A stretch of DNA of 64,000 bases from an uncultured bacterium (GTDB taxonomy: Bacteria > Zixibacteria > MSB-5A5 > GN15 > FEB-12): positions 9,472 through 73,471 of the forward strand of contig CBDVDR010000017.1 of assembly GCA_965372795.1 (NCBI GenBank), given 5' to 3'. Below the pieces are notes generated by a model that saw nothing but the letters and a program-made list of their open reading frames with translations, searched no databases and was not told the origin of the DNA. The position numbers were made by a program, and so were the translations under genes. This document shows positions 27,532 to 36,127 of the stretch, one piece after another (within the stretch, counting starts at the first letter, position 1; every line of letters begins with the position of its first letter).

Positions 27532-29334
27532 CTACTTCAACCCCTTCAAAATCATCTCCGCTAACTTCTCAGTGATGCCCTTCTCCTGTGAGAGTTCTTC
27601 AACCGACAGCTCTTTTATCTTGGCAACCGACTTATATTTTTTCAACAGCATCTTCCGGCGTGCCGGACCAATCCCCTTAATATCATCAAGTGCCGATTTG
27701 ATCGTGCGTTTACTCCGCACCTTACGATTATACTCAATCGCAAAACGATGCGCCTCATCACGAACCAGCTTTAACAAAATCAACCCCGGTGAAGCCTTAC
27801 TGATAATCAACGGATCACTCCTGCCCGGCAGGAAAACTTCCTCTAATCTTTTCGCCAGTCCAATCACGGTTTGATCATGGAACCCCAGATGTTCAAGTTC
27901 GGTTTTCGCCGAGGACAACTGCCCCTTTCCCCCGTCAACCACCAGCAGATCAGGTGGCGTTGTCGATTCTTCTTTGATCCTGAAAAAATATCGTCCGATA
28001 ATTTCACGCATCATTTTGTAATCATCCTGCCCCGTAACACCTTTGATTTTAAAATGACGATACTGGCTTTTTTTCGGTTTCCCATTCTCAAAATAAACAC
28101 ATGACCCGACCGCATCGGTTTCACCGGTGTTGGAAATATCAAAACAGACTACCGTCTTGGGTGAACTGTTCAACCCAAGATCGCTTTGAAGTGCAGTGAC
28201 CATTTTACTGGTACGTTCAGATTGTTTTTGTTTTTGAATCAGAAGTTCATCAAGCAGAAGTCTTGCATTTTTAGCCGCCAGATCAACCAACTTAACTTTC
28301 TGCCCAATTTTAGGTGTAATAAGATGAGTCTTTGACTCTTTGAACCATTGTTCATACAATTTTTTATCTGTTACTTCAAGCGGCAGGTAAATCTCTTTCG
28401 GCATATTCGGTTGATGATTATAGTACTGACTCAAAAACGTATGCAAGATTTCATCATCGGTGTCATCGGTATCGGCATTGATCTGAAAATCCTGCCGTCC
28501 AATTAAGATGCCTTCCCTAATCTGCAAAATAACCGCCACCACATATTTTTCTTCCCGTGCAAAAGCGATCATATCCCGATCAACAATTTCACCGACATCA
28601 ACTTTCTGTTTTATCATCACCGATTCAATAGCTTCGATCTGGTCACGGATTTTACACGCCTCTTCATATTCCATATTGTCAGAGGCAAACTTCATCTTTT
28701 CAGCCAGACGTTTGATCAACTCTTTTGATTTTCCCGAGAGAACCAAAATAACCGAATTAACCAGTTCGGCATATTCCTCCTGACTCTGAAATCCCTCGCA
28801 GGGTCCCCCGCAACGATCAATCCGATAATCGAGACAGACCTGATATTTTTTACCATCGGGATGAGGAATCATAAACCGGCAGGTTCTGATTCTAAAAAGA
28901 CGGGTCAGAAATTGCACGGTACGACGCATCCCCTTAGAAGATGTGAACGGGCCAAAATATCGGGCGTTGTCCTTTTCAACTTTTCTGACGATTAAAACCT
29001 GTGGAAATGGTTCATTGGTTATTTTTATATATGGGAAATGTTTATCATCGCGTAAATCTACATTGTAGCGGGGCTTATGTTCTTTGATCAGATTCGCTTC
29101 AAGAATCAGAGCCTCGACCTCGCTGTCGGTAACCATCAGTTCAAAATCAGTTACTTTGGCAACCAGTCGCAAAGTTTTTGGATCGTGCCTGGACGGGGAT
29201 TGGAAATAAGTACGAACGCGGTTTTTTAGATTTTTAGCTTTCCCGATATATATGATTTTTGCCTGTTTATCTTTGAACAGATAAACACCCGATGAGGTCG
29301 GCAGATTTTTTAATTTTAGCTGAAAATCGGTCAT
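27532..29334 (-). CDS. uvrC: excinuclease ABC subunit C
   Basis: 600 aa. GIY-YIG N-terminus (GVYLFKD...IYIGKAKNLKNRV), UvrBC domain, Endo-V-like domain and C-terminal HhH2 (IKGIGPARRKMLL). Confidence 0.95.
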   Translation of the reverse strand: MTDFQLKLKNLPTSSGVYLFKDKQAKIIYIGKAKNLKNRVRTYFQSPSRHDPKTLRLVAKVTDFELMVTDSEVEALILEANLIKEHKPRYNVDLRDDKHFPYIKITNEPFPQVLIVRKVEKDNARYFGPFTSSKGMRRTVQFLTRLFRIRTCRFMIPHPDGKKYQVCLDYRIDRCGGPCEGFQSQEEYAELVNSVILVLSGKSKELIKRLAEKMKFASDNMEYEEACKIRDQIEAIESVMIKQKVDVGEIVDRDMIAFAREEKYVVAVILQIREGILIGRQDFQINADTDDTDDEILHTFLSQYYNHQPNMPKEIYLPLEVTDKKLYEQWFKESKTHLITPKIGQKVKLVDLAAKNARLLLDELLIQKQKQSERTSKMVTALQSDLGLNSSPKTVVCFDISNTGETDAVGSCVYFENGKPKKSQYRHFKIKGVTGQDDYKMMREIIGRYFFRIKEESTTPPDLLVVDGGKGQLSSAKTELEHLGFHDQTVIGLAKRLEEVFLPGRSDPLIISKASPGLILLKLVRDEAHRFAIEYNRKVRSKRTIKSALDDIKGIGPARRKMLLKKYKSVAKIKELSVEELSQEKGITEKLAEMILKGLK

Positions 29335-29355
29335 TGTTTCTGACTTGCTTATATT

Positions 29356-29865
29356 CTAATTCCCAATAACTCTTTTGGCACCGACAAAATATTTCGACCA
29401 GTATTTTTCTCTAAGGCTCGATATAATAATTCCGTTGGAAGATGAAGCATGGATAAATTTATTATTATCTAAATAGATTCCGACATGGGAAATTTTACTG
29501 CTGTTGATTTTGAAAAAAACCAGATCACCATAATATAAATTCTTATTCTTAACTTTTTTGCCTATTTGAAATTGATCATTGGCAGAACGGGGAATGTTCG
29601 TCTGATTATACTTTTTGAAAACCTCCGATGTGAACAGCGAACAATCAAGCCCCGGATCAGTTTTAGACCGTCCTTTGTACGGTCGGCCCAAATATCTTTG
29701 CAAAATCGACCCAAGCCGCATATTATCATTGGTCGTCAGTGATGATAACTGTTTGGATTTGATCGCCCTTGGCTGTTCTTTGGAGGTCGAGCTATATCGG
29801 GGTGCACTCTGGCATCCGATGAACAGTAATAAACATAAAGCTGCCCCAATAGATATATATAACAT
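29356..29865 (-). CDS. NlpC/P60 (C40) peptidoglycan endopeptidase lipoprotein
   Basis: Catalytic Cys in GLDCSLFTSEVF, His in SHVGIY. The track start is TTG 29877. ATG 29865 gives the lipoprotein signal MLYISIGAALCLLLFIGC. Confidence 0.85.
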   Translation of the reverse strand: MLYISIGAALCLLLFIGCQSAPRYSSTSKEQPRAIKSKQLSSLTTNDNMRLGSILQRYLGRPYKGRSKTDPGLDCSLFTSEVFKKYNQTNIPRSANDQFQIGKKVKNKNLYYGDLVFFKINSSKISHVGIYLDNNKFIHASSSNGIIISSLREKYWSKYFVGAKRVIGN

Positions 29866-29890
29866 ATCGCACTCCAAATTTTTGATTTCC

Positions 29891-30802
29891 TCAAGCAGCC
29901 TGGGGGTATTTTATCCCAAACCTCTTCAGGTAATATATACGAGTCAAAAGAAGTAAAACAACTATAAACCCGATGTAGGCGGGAAAATAGAATCCGGCTA
30001 AAAGCGTCAGAAGTAAAATCGGAAGTTTCGTTGCAAACAGGCAGAGCCTGTCTGAACTAATTATCACAGAAGCTAAAATAATCAGACTTGATATGATCGA
30101 GATATAAGTAAGCAGCGGGAAATTTGACCAGTTGGCAACAAATGCCGAGGCAGCCATGAATGCCAGAGCTAAAATTTTTGCCGTGCGAATAGACATGATC
30201 GTTGCGATAGTTTTTTTACCTGTCGCCAGGTCCCCTTCCCGGTCCGGGATTGTGGTCATGACATGAATAGATGCCACCGCCAAAAAGAAATAGAGCGGGC
30301 TATCCCAACCTAACAAACCGGCGTTGTTAATATTTAATTCGGGCATCACCGTATAAGGGATCAACCAGCCAAAAGTAAAAGCATTAACAAACAGTCCGGC
30401 AATTGGACGATCTTTGAGTCGCAGTGGCGGAGCTGAATATAAAACCCCTAACACAAATTGCTGGGCGAAAATCATGAATATCCAAAAACTATAAACCGGA
30501 GTGATGGCAAACGGGATAATTGATGCAATAAAAAAAGCTTTCCACAAATGACGGGAACGCAGAATTTTCATTTGTAAAAATCCAAGTTTCTTATTTATGC
30601 GGTCAGATTCATAATCGTAAATTTGATTCAAATAATATGCTCCGGCAACAATCAAACTCAGACAGACAATCATTAACAAATTATATATTGAAAAAGAATC
30701 GTTTGATAGTTCCAGATGATAATGCAGACTGACAAGATAAATTGACCAGACCGGCAGATGTAACAGCGGTCGGGCAGCAAAGAACAGATCAAATATTTTC
30801 AT
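29891..30802 (-). CDS. UbiA-superfamily prenyltransferase (substrate unknown)
   Basis: 303 aa, about 8-9 TM. Asp-rich motif 1 NQIYDYESDRINK, motif 2 IPDREGDLATGKKT. ATGA overlap with the cdsA stop. Confidence 0.8.
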   Translation of the reverse strand: MKIFDLFFAARPLLHLPVWSIYLVSLHYHLELSNDSFSIYNLLMIVCLSLIVAGAYYLNQIYDYESDRINKKLGFLQMKILRSRHLWKAFFIASIIPFAITPVYSFWIFMIFAQQFVLGVLYSAPPLRLKDRPIAGLFVNAFTFGWLIPYTVMPELNINNAGLLGWDSPLYFFLAVASIHVMTTIPDREGDLATGKKTIATIMSIRTAKILALAFMAASAFVANWSNFPLLTYISIISSLIILASVIISSDRLCLFATKLPILLLTLLAGFYFPAYIGFIVVLLLLTRIYYLKRFGIKYPQAA

Positions 30803-31650
30803 GATAAAAATAATTTAAAGTACAAAAACAAAAACGGCGCCGCAAACAGAAGCGAATCAAATCTATCCAAAATCCCCCCATGCCCGGGAATAATCCCCGA
30901 TGAATCTTTGATATTTAACGAGCGTTTCCACATCGACTCGACCAGATCACCGATTTGCCCGGAAACCGAAGCACCAAACCCGACGATTAAAATATGTATC
31001 ATCGGCAGATGCTGCAATCGCCAGAAATATATCACAACCGTCACAACCATCGCACCCACTATCCCCCCGATAAAACCCTCAACCGTTTTGTTCGGTGATA
31101 CTGCCGGGGCAAGTTTGTGTTTACCGAGCCATTTCCCAAACCCCAAAGCCGCCGTATCCCCAGACCAGAGAATTGCAAACAGGAAAAACATAGCATCCCC
31201 GCCGTTTATGGACTGGAGATCATTCCCGACTTTGTAAACAAACGGGTACAACATCCCCAGATATATGACACCCCAGAGCAACCGACTTTGCCTTTTGAAC
31301 AACTCTGATGGATCGTCTTTACCAAGAGCATATAATTTGGTGGTGATTACAAAAAACAGAAAAAGCAGTATCAACAGGGCGGTGTTATTATCAGGAATTT
31401 GCGATATAAATTGAGTGACTTGAATATATCCGGTTGAAATTAATATCGAAAGAATGACGGTCCCGGATGCAAACCAGAAAAAAATATTAGAAAGCGGGAA
31501 ACCTTCTTTTGTAAAAAATTCATAACAACCCAAAGTTGCCAGCAACAGCACCAGCCCCAAAAGCCAGGTACCGCCCTGATAACAAATCCATAAAATTGCG
31601 GGGATTGCCACAACAGCGACTGCGATTCTGGCAAAGAGATTTTTACTCAT
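30799..31650 (-). CDS. cdsA: phosphatidate cytidylyltransferase (CDP-diglyceride synthase)
   Basis: 283 aa. Signature SMWKRSLNIKDSSGIIPGHGGILDRFDS. Confidence 0.9.
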   Translation of the reverse strand: MSKNLFARIAVAVVAIPAILWICYQGGTWLLGLVLLLATLGCYEFFTKEGFPLSNIFFWFASGTVILSILISTGYIQVTQFISQIPDNNTALLILLFLFFVITTKLYALGKDDPSELFKRQSRLLWGVIYLGMLYPFVYKVGNDLQSINGGDAMFFLFAILWSGDTAALGFGKWLGKHKLAPAVSPNKTVEGFIGGIVGAMVVTVVIYFWRLQHLPMIHILIVGFGASVSGQIGDLVESMWKRSLNIKDSSGIIPGHGGILDRFDSLLFAAPFLFLYFKLFLS

Positions 31651-31663
31651 TAGCTATCCCGGG

Positions 31664-32404
31664 CTACTTCCCAAATCTTCGTTCACGCTTTTGATAATCA
31701 GCAACTGCTTTGTAAAGTTCCAATTCATTAAAATCAGGCCAGAGGGTGTCTATAATATAAAGCTCGGTATAATTGGTTTGCCATAACAGAAAATTTGACA
31801 ATCTCATTTCACCGGAGGTACGAATCAACAAATCAGGATCAGGAATTCCGGAGGTATACAAAAAACTTGAAAACAACTCTTCATCAATTTCATTCAGATT
31901 CACATAACCGGCTTTTACCGAATTTGAAATCGCTTTCACCGCATCAAGTATTTCTGTCCGACCGCTATAATTCAGAGCCAGATTCAAAACCAGCCCTTTA
32001 TTGCTTTTGGTTTTTTCAACCGCTCGAGCCAGTACCTTTTGACGGCTTGATGAAAGTCCTGTTATGCGTCCGGTTGTGATGAGCTTGACATCATTCTTTA
32101 TCAGTTCATTAAGTTCATTACGGGTCGTGCGGGATAAGAGCGACATCAACGCCGCCACTTCGGATTTTGGTCGTTTCCAGTTTTCCACCGAAAAAGTATA
32201 AAGGGTAAGATATTTCACTCCGATATCAGAGGCTGCCCTGACAACGTCCTTCACAGCCTTTACTCCGGCTTCATGACCAAAAGTACGCGGTTTATCCCTC
32301 ATCGCAGCCCACCGACCATTGCCATCCATTATGATTGCTATATGAGTCGGAATCCGGTCTTTTTGAGCAAAAATGGTGTCTTTTAGTTTGTCAATTTTAT
32401 CCAT
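31664..32404 (-). CDS. uppS: isoprenyl transferase (undecaprenyl-diphosphate synthase family)
   Basis: 246 aa. HIAIIMDGNGRWA, LTLYTFSVENWKRP, RTSGEMRLSNFLLWQ. Confidence 0.9.
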   Translation of the reverse strand: MDKIDKLKDTIFAQKDRIPTHIAIIMDGNGRWAAMRDKPRTFGHEAGVKAVKDVVRAASDIGVKYLTLYTFSVENWKRPKSEVAALMSLLSRTTRNELNELIKNDVKLITTGRITGLSSSRQKVLARAVEKTKSNKGLVLNLALNYSGRTEILDAVKAISNSVKAGYVNLNEIDEELFSSFLYTSGIPDPDLLIRTSGEMRLSNFLLWQTNYTELYIIDTLWPDFNELELYKAVADYQKRERRFGK

Positions 32405-32463
32405 ATCTAATTACCAAATTAAGAATTGATCAAAGTGATAGCAAGCTCAATAAAAAAGAGTTT

Positions 32464-33138
32464 TTACCGCAGAATATTAAAGTCGTAAATACTGGTCTCT
32501 ATACGATAATATTCGGTCGAGAGCGTTGTCGATTTAGCCCCCACAACCCAAATCGAATCCGGCATCACTATTCCTGAATAGTCCGTAAAACGGAATGATT
32601 TGGAATATCGATCATGTAATTTATCATGGGGAAAATGCAAAAATAGCCAGTGCATAAAATAATGATTCCGGTCAATAATAGCCAGCCCCACCGGAATTTC
32701 GGCAACCGTTGTATCAATATCAAAACCGATGGCTAAAAATGTACCGCCGGTGTCATTGGGGTAAAAATTATATTCATATTCAGTATTAAATATATTAGGA
32801 TAATTCCAATCAATTTCAACTTCCTTACTTGAATTGACCGAATCCCAGATCAACGAATCAAGGTTGCCATAACTGTAAAATTGGGTTGTGAATGAAGAAT
32901 CGGTTTTGACAATCACCCCTTTTTTATTAACCTTTTTATAATAGGACCTGGTCTGAAAAGAAAAATTTAAACCGCTCTCAATCGGATTTCTACTATCTGA
33001 AACCGATTTTGCCCGCTCGGTATAAAATTTTAAAACCGGATCTGTATCATCGGTATCCTCAGGCACCGCAACAGAGTACAACCCCGCTATTAATAAGACA
33101 ATCGTAATCCATGATGTTTTATATATTTTCACTAACAT
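32464..33138 (-). CDS. hypothetical exported protein
   Basis: 224 aa. N-terminal signal/anchor WITIVLLIAGLYSVA, beta-rich composition. No family recognised. Confidence 0.55.
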   Translation of the reverse strand: MLVKIYKTSWITIVLLIAGLYSVAVPEDTDDTDPVLKFYTERAKSVSDSRNPIESGLNFSFQTRSYYKKVNKKGVIVKTDSSFTTQFYSYGNLDSLIWDSVNSSKEVEIDWNYPNIFNTEYEYNFYPNDTGGTFLAIGFDIDTTVAEIPVGLAIIDRNHYFMHWLFLHFPHDKLHDRYSKSFRFTDYSGIVMPDSIWVVGAKSTTLSTEYYRIETSIYDFNILR

Positions 33139-33245
33139 GTTGATACTATTATACGTATCTATTATACAATTGCCAAGTCAACAATTTTGGCGACATCATA
33201 GCTTTAGAATGAATTACATATATATAGAATTATAAAGAGGTCTTT

Positions 33246-33686
33246 ATGCATGTTAATGAAGTATTGAATAAAAAAGGGATCAATGTTATTACAGCCGGAC
33301 TGGATATGAAACTGCGCGAGGCTATGAAGATTTTGATTTCCAACAAGATTAGTTGTTTGCCGGTATTGAACAGTTCTGATGATCTGGTTGGAATTATTAG
33401 TGATAAAGATATTTTTAAAGCGATATATAACAATGCTGAGGCGATTGATGAGGCGGTGGTTGAAAATCATATGACAACTAATTTGATCGTTGGGTTGATT
33501 GATGATGACATTAATTTTATTGCCGGACTTATGACAAAAAATAAAATCCGCCACATTCCAATTATGGAAAATGATAAATTGTCCGGGGTGCTTTCGGTTG
33601 GAGATATTGTCAAGGTCCAGATGACTGACATGGAGGTTGAAAATAGATATTTGAAAGATTACATAGACGGCGCCTACCCGGGGTAA
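33246..33686 (+). CDS. CBS-domain pair protein
   Basis: 146 aa. Two CBS repeats (ISCLPVLNSSDDLVGIISDKDI; IRHIPIMENDKLSGVLSVGDI). RBS AAAGAGG. Confidence 0.85.
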   Translation: MHVNEVLNKKGINVITAGLDMKLREAMKILISNKISCLPVLNSSDDLVGIISDKDIFKAIYNNAEAIDEAVVENHMTTNLIVGLIDDDINFIAGLMTKNKIRHIPIMENDKLSGVLSVGDIVKVQMTDMEVENRYLKDYIDGAYPG

Positions 33687-33718
33687 GGATAACAGTGTTA
33701 ATAAACACACTATATGTT

Positions 33719-34328
33719 AGTGGGCGGCAGACGCCCTCGTCTGCCCCATCCTTTTGTCATTTCGTGGGCGGCTGACGTCAACCACACTTCGTGTGCTCGT
33801 CTGCCCCATTCTCCACGTAGTATGTTCTTGAGTAGGTTAGTCCGCCAAGGCGGACGCGCTCCTGACAATTTTATATATTATATCGAACAGATTTGAGGGG
33901 TAAAATGTTCGATACTAGGAAGGCAGGATTATTATAGTCCTGCCTTTTTTATATTCTTTGTAGGGCAGGATCCCTGTGATCCTGCCATTTTATATGTTTC
34001 TTCGTAGGGCATGTTCTTGAGTAGGTCAGTGAGCCCCGTGCTCCTGACATCTGTCATTGCGAGCGAAGCGACGCAAGCTCAGTTCGTTGTTTCGTGGGCG
34101 GCAAACGTCAACAACACCACGTGTGCTCGTCTGCCCCACTCTCCGTAGGGAACTGGCATGCCTGTTCCACCCCAAAAAACACACAACGTGTGTCATTGCG
34201 AGCCATGCGACGTAATCTCAATTTTGATATTGTATTGTAATAATTGTCATTCCCACGAAGGCGGAAATCCAGTATTTTCCTTTAGTCCCGTAGGGTATGG
34301 TCTCTCTTGACTTCGAGACCTGATCTGT
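33719..34328 (+). repeat. stack of at least 10 REP-like units from at least 5 families
   Basis: gtgggcggcagacg..cgtctgcccc (x3), gtagggcaggatccctgtgatcctgcc, (c)gtag..atgttcttgagtaggt.ag..ctcctgaca (x2), tgtcattgcgagc.. (x2), tgtcattcccacgaaggcggaaatcc, gtagggaactggcatgcctgttcc, ccgtagggtatggtctc..gagacctgatctg. Confidence 0.85.
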
Positions 34329-34363
34329 CAGCAGAAAATTTCGAATATAATTCTTAAGTAGTC

Positions 34364-36124
34364 TTAATCTAAAATTACATATTCCAGATTCAAGTTTCTA
34401 ATGCTTTCTAGAACCTCTTCATTTACATTAGGGATACTTATAAACAAGATTCTTTTTGCGCGACTCAAAGCCACATAGTAAATCCTTGCATCATCAGAAT
34501 CGGCATCAAGATGCTCGGAAGCATTTAGCACATAACGTTGGAAGTCTCGCAATTCATCATAGTACACCAAGACTTTTTCAAATTCAGTACCTTTGGCACT
34601 GTGAATTGTGCGAATGGTGTCCTCAGACTTCGTGTCTACTCTGATATATCCCAGCAAGCTTGATACGCTATTGTTTTCGTAGAATGTCTTCGGACTTCCG
34701 GGCCGAAACGTTGAGCCTAATAGGAAAGAATGTTGAGCATGTATTCGATTCCTCAAATCTGTGTAATATTCGTATAGCGAACGTTGTCTTGTTCCATTCG
34801 CATTCAGGTCATCCAAAATACCAATTGCTGTTTTTCGTAGCTCCAGTAACGAAACTCCTTTTCCCGCTTTGGATTTCAATGGTATCAGAACCTGCCTAAT
34901 GCTGTCTTTATAAAGACCTTTTTGGTAGAACTTGAAACCCTTTAGAATGTCATGGATAACTTTAGCTCTGGCTGAATTCGAATCAGAAGCATAAAGCCCC
35001 TTGAGTAGATCGTCGCCACGTATTTCTGCTAGATTCCTAAGTACTTCAACCTCGCTATTCCTTCTCGCCAAAAGAAATACGTCTTCATGCCCGTTTTCCC
35101 CAAGCCAACCAAGCATTTGGGGAGTTGATCCCACCAAAACCTTAACCGAATCTCCATTGATTGCGCTTGATGCTGGCTCTTGTTGAATATCAGTTCTCAT
35201 GCTATTTAACAATTCTATAATTCTTCTTGAAGAACGGTGATTCTTATCTAATTTGAAATCCCGTAAATTCTCCAATTGGAAATTTTCAAAGTCACTTCGC
35301 GATGCACCTGCGAATTTATATATTGACTGATATAAATCTCCGATTACACCTACCTTTGTATCGATTTCTGCAATCTTTTTGATAATCCACGTCTGTAATT
35401 CTGTAGTGTCTTGAAACTCGTCGATAAAGATATAGGGGAACCTATTCCTGACGAACTCTAATACTCTTGGGCTTTTGGTTATGATTAGGTATGAGAAATA
35501 AAGAACGTCCTCATGATGCATTATTCCGTCAAGCCAATATTTGCTTTTATAAATCCACAATTCGCGATTGCTAACCGGTATTGGTGCGCCCCTATTAGCC
35601 CGGCATAATAAATCAATCTCACTTCCGACAAAGGTATAATCCAAACTAGACAGTTGTTTGAATATTCGTATCTTATTGTCTGCGTAATTGAAGTGGATGT
35701 AACTTCTACCGTTTTCTTTCTCAATCGTTGTTTTCCATCTTCTAATTTTATCACTGTGTGGGATATGATCTTCATGTCCATTGAGTAGGTCTGTATTAAA
35801 CAACGCATTACCATCATTATCTTTCTCGATTAGATGACAAAATGGTTTGACAATATTGCGGTAGAGAAAGCTGTGAATGGTAGAGACATCAAATCTAGAT
35901 TTATCGCAAATTAGTCGATCACGAATTTCTTCTGTAGCCACATTTGTGTAGGTGATACAAGCAATCTTCCTAGTAGTATTGAGCCTTTGTGATTCTGTTA
36001 AGACTCTCGCCAGATGAGCTACCAGTGCCCTTGTTTTTCCCGCACCTGGACCCGCAAAAACACGGAAGTTTGTTTCGATATTATCTAAATCAGAAAAGAG
36101 GGGAAGTGAATTGATATCTACCAT
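34364..36124 (-). CDS. gajB: UvrD/PcrA/Rep-like superfamily-1 helicase (GajB-like)
   Basis: 586 aa. Motif I FAGPGAGKTRAL, motif II IFIDEFQDTT, KNHRSS, motif V IHSAKGTEFEKV, motif VI YVALSRAKRILFIS. Starts 3 nt after the OLD-nuclease stop. The symbol is by analogy only. Confidence 0.8.
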   Translation of the reverse strand: MVDINSLPLFSDLDNIETNFRVFAGPGAGKTRALVAHLARVLTESQRLNTTRKIACITYTNVATEEIRDRLICDKSRFDVSTIHSFLYRNIVKPFCHLIEKDNDGNALFNTDLLNGHEDHIPHSDKIRRWKTTIEKENGRSYIHFNYADNKIRIFKQLSSLDYTFVGSEIDLLCRANRGAPIPVSNRELWIYKSKYWLDGIMHHEDVLYFSYLIITKSPRVLEFVRNRFPYIFIDEFQDTTELQTWIIKKIAEIDTKVGVIGDLYQSIYKFAGASRSDFENFQLENLRDFKLDKNHRSSRRIIELLNSMRTDIQQEPASSAINGDSVKVLVGSTPQMLGWLGENGHEDVFLLARRNSEVEVLRNLAEIRGDDLLKGLYASDSNSARAKVIHDILKGFKFYQKGLYKDSIRQVLIPLKSKAGKGVSLLELRKTAIGILDDLNANGTRQRSLYEYYTDLRNRIHAQHSFLLGSTFRPGSPKTFYENNSVSSLLGYIRVDTKSEDTIRTIHSAKGTEFEKVLVYYDELRDFQRYVLNASEHLDADSDDARIYYVALSRAKRILFISIPNVNEEVLESIRNLNLEYVILD

Positions 36125-36127
36125 AGG

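Noticed and set aside
33204-33710. 168-aa minus-strand ORF fully overlapping the CBS-domain gene.
   Set aside because: It is antisense to a gene with a clear RBS and two canonical CBS repeats. Its translation is low-complexity (Ile/Asn/Phe-rich) with no motif. This is a typical shadow ORF in AT-rich DNA.
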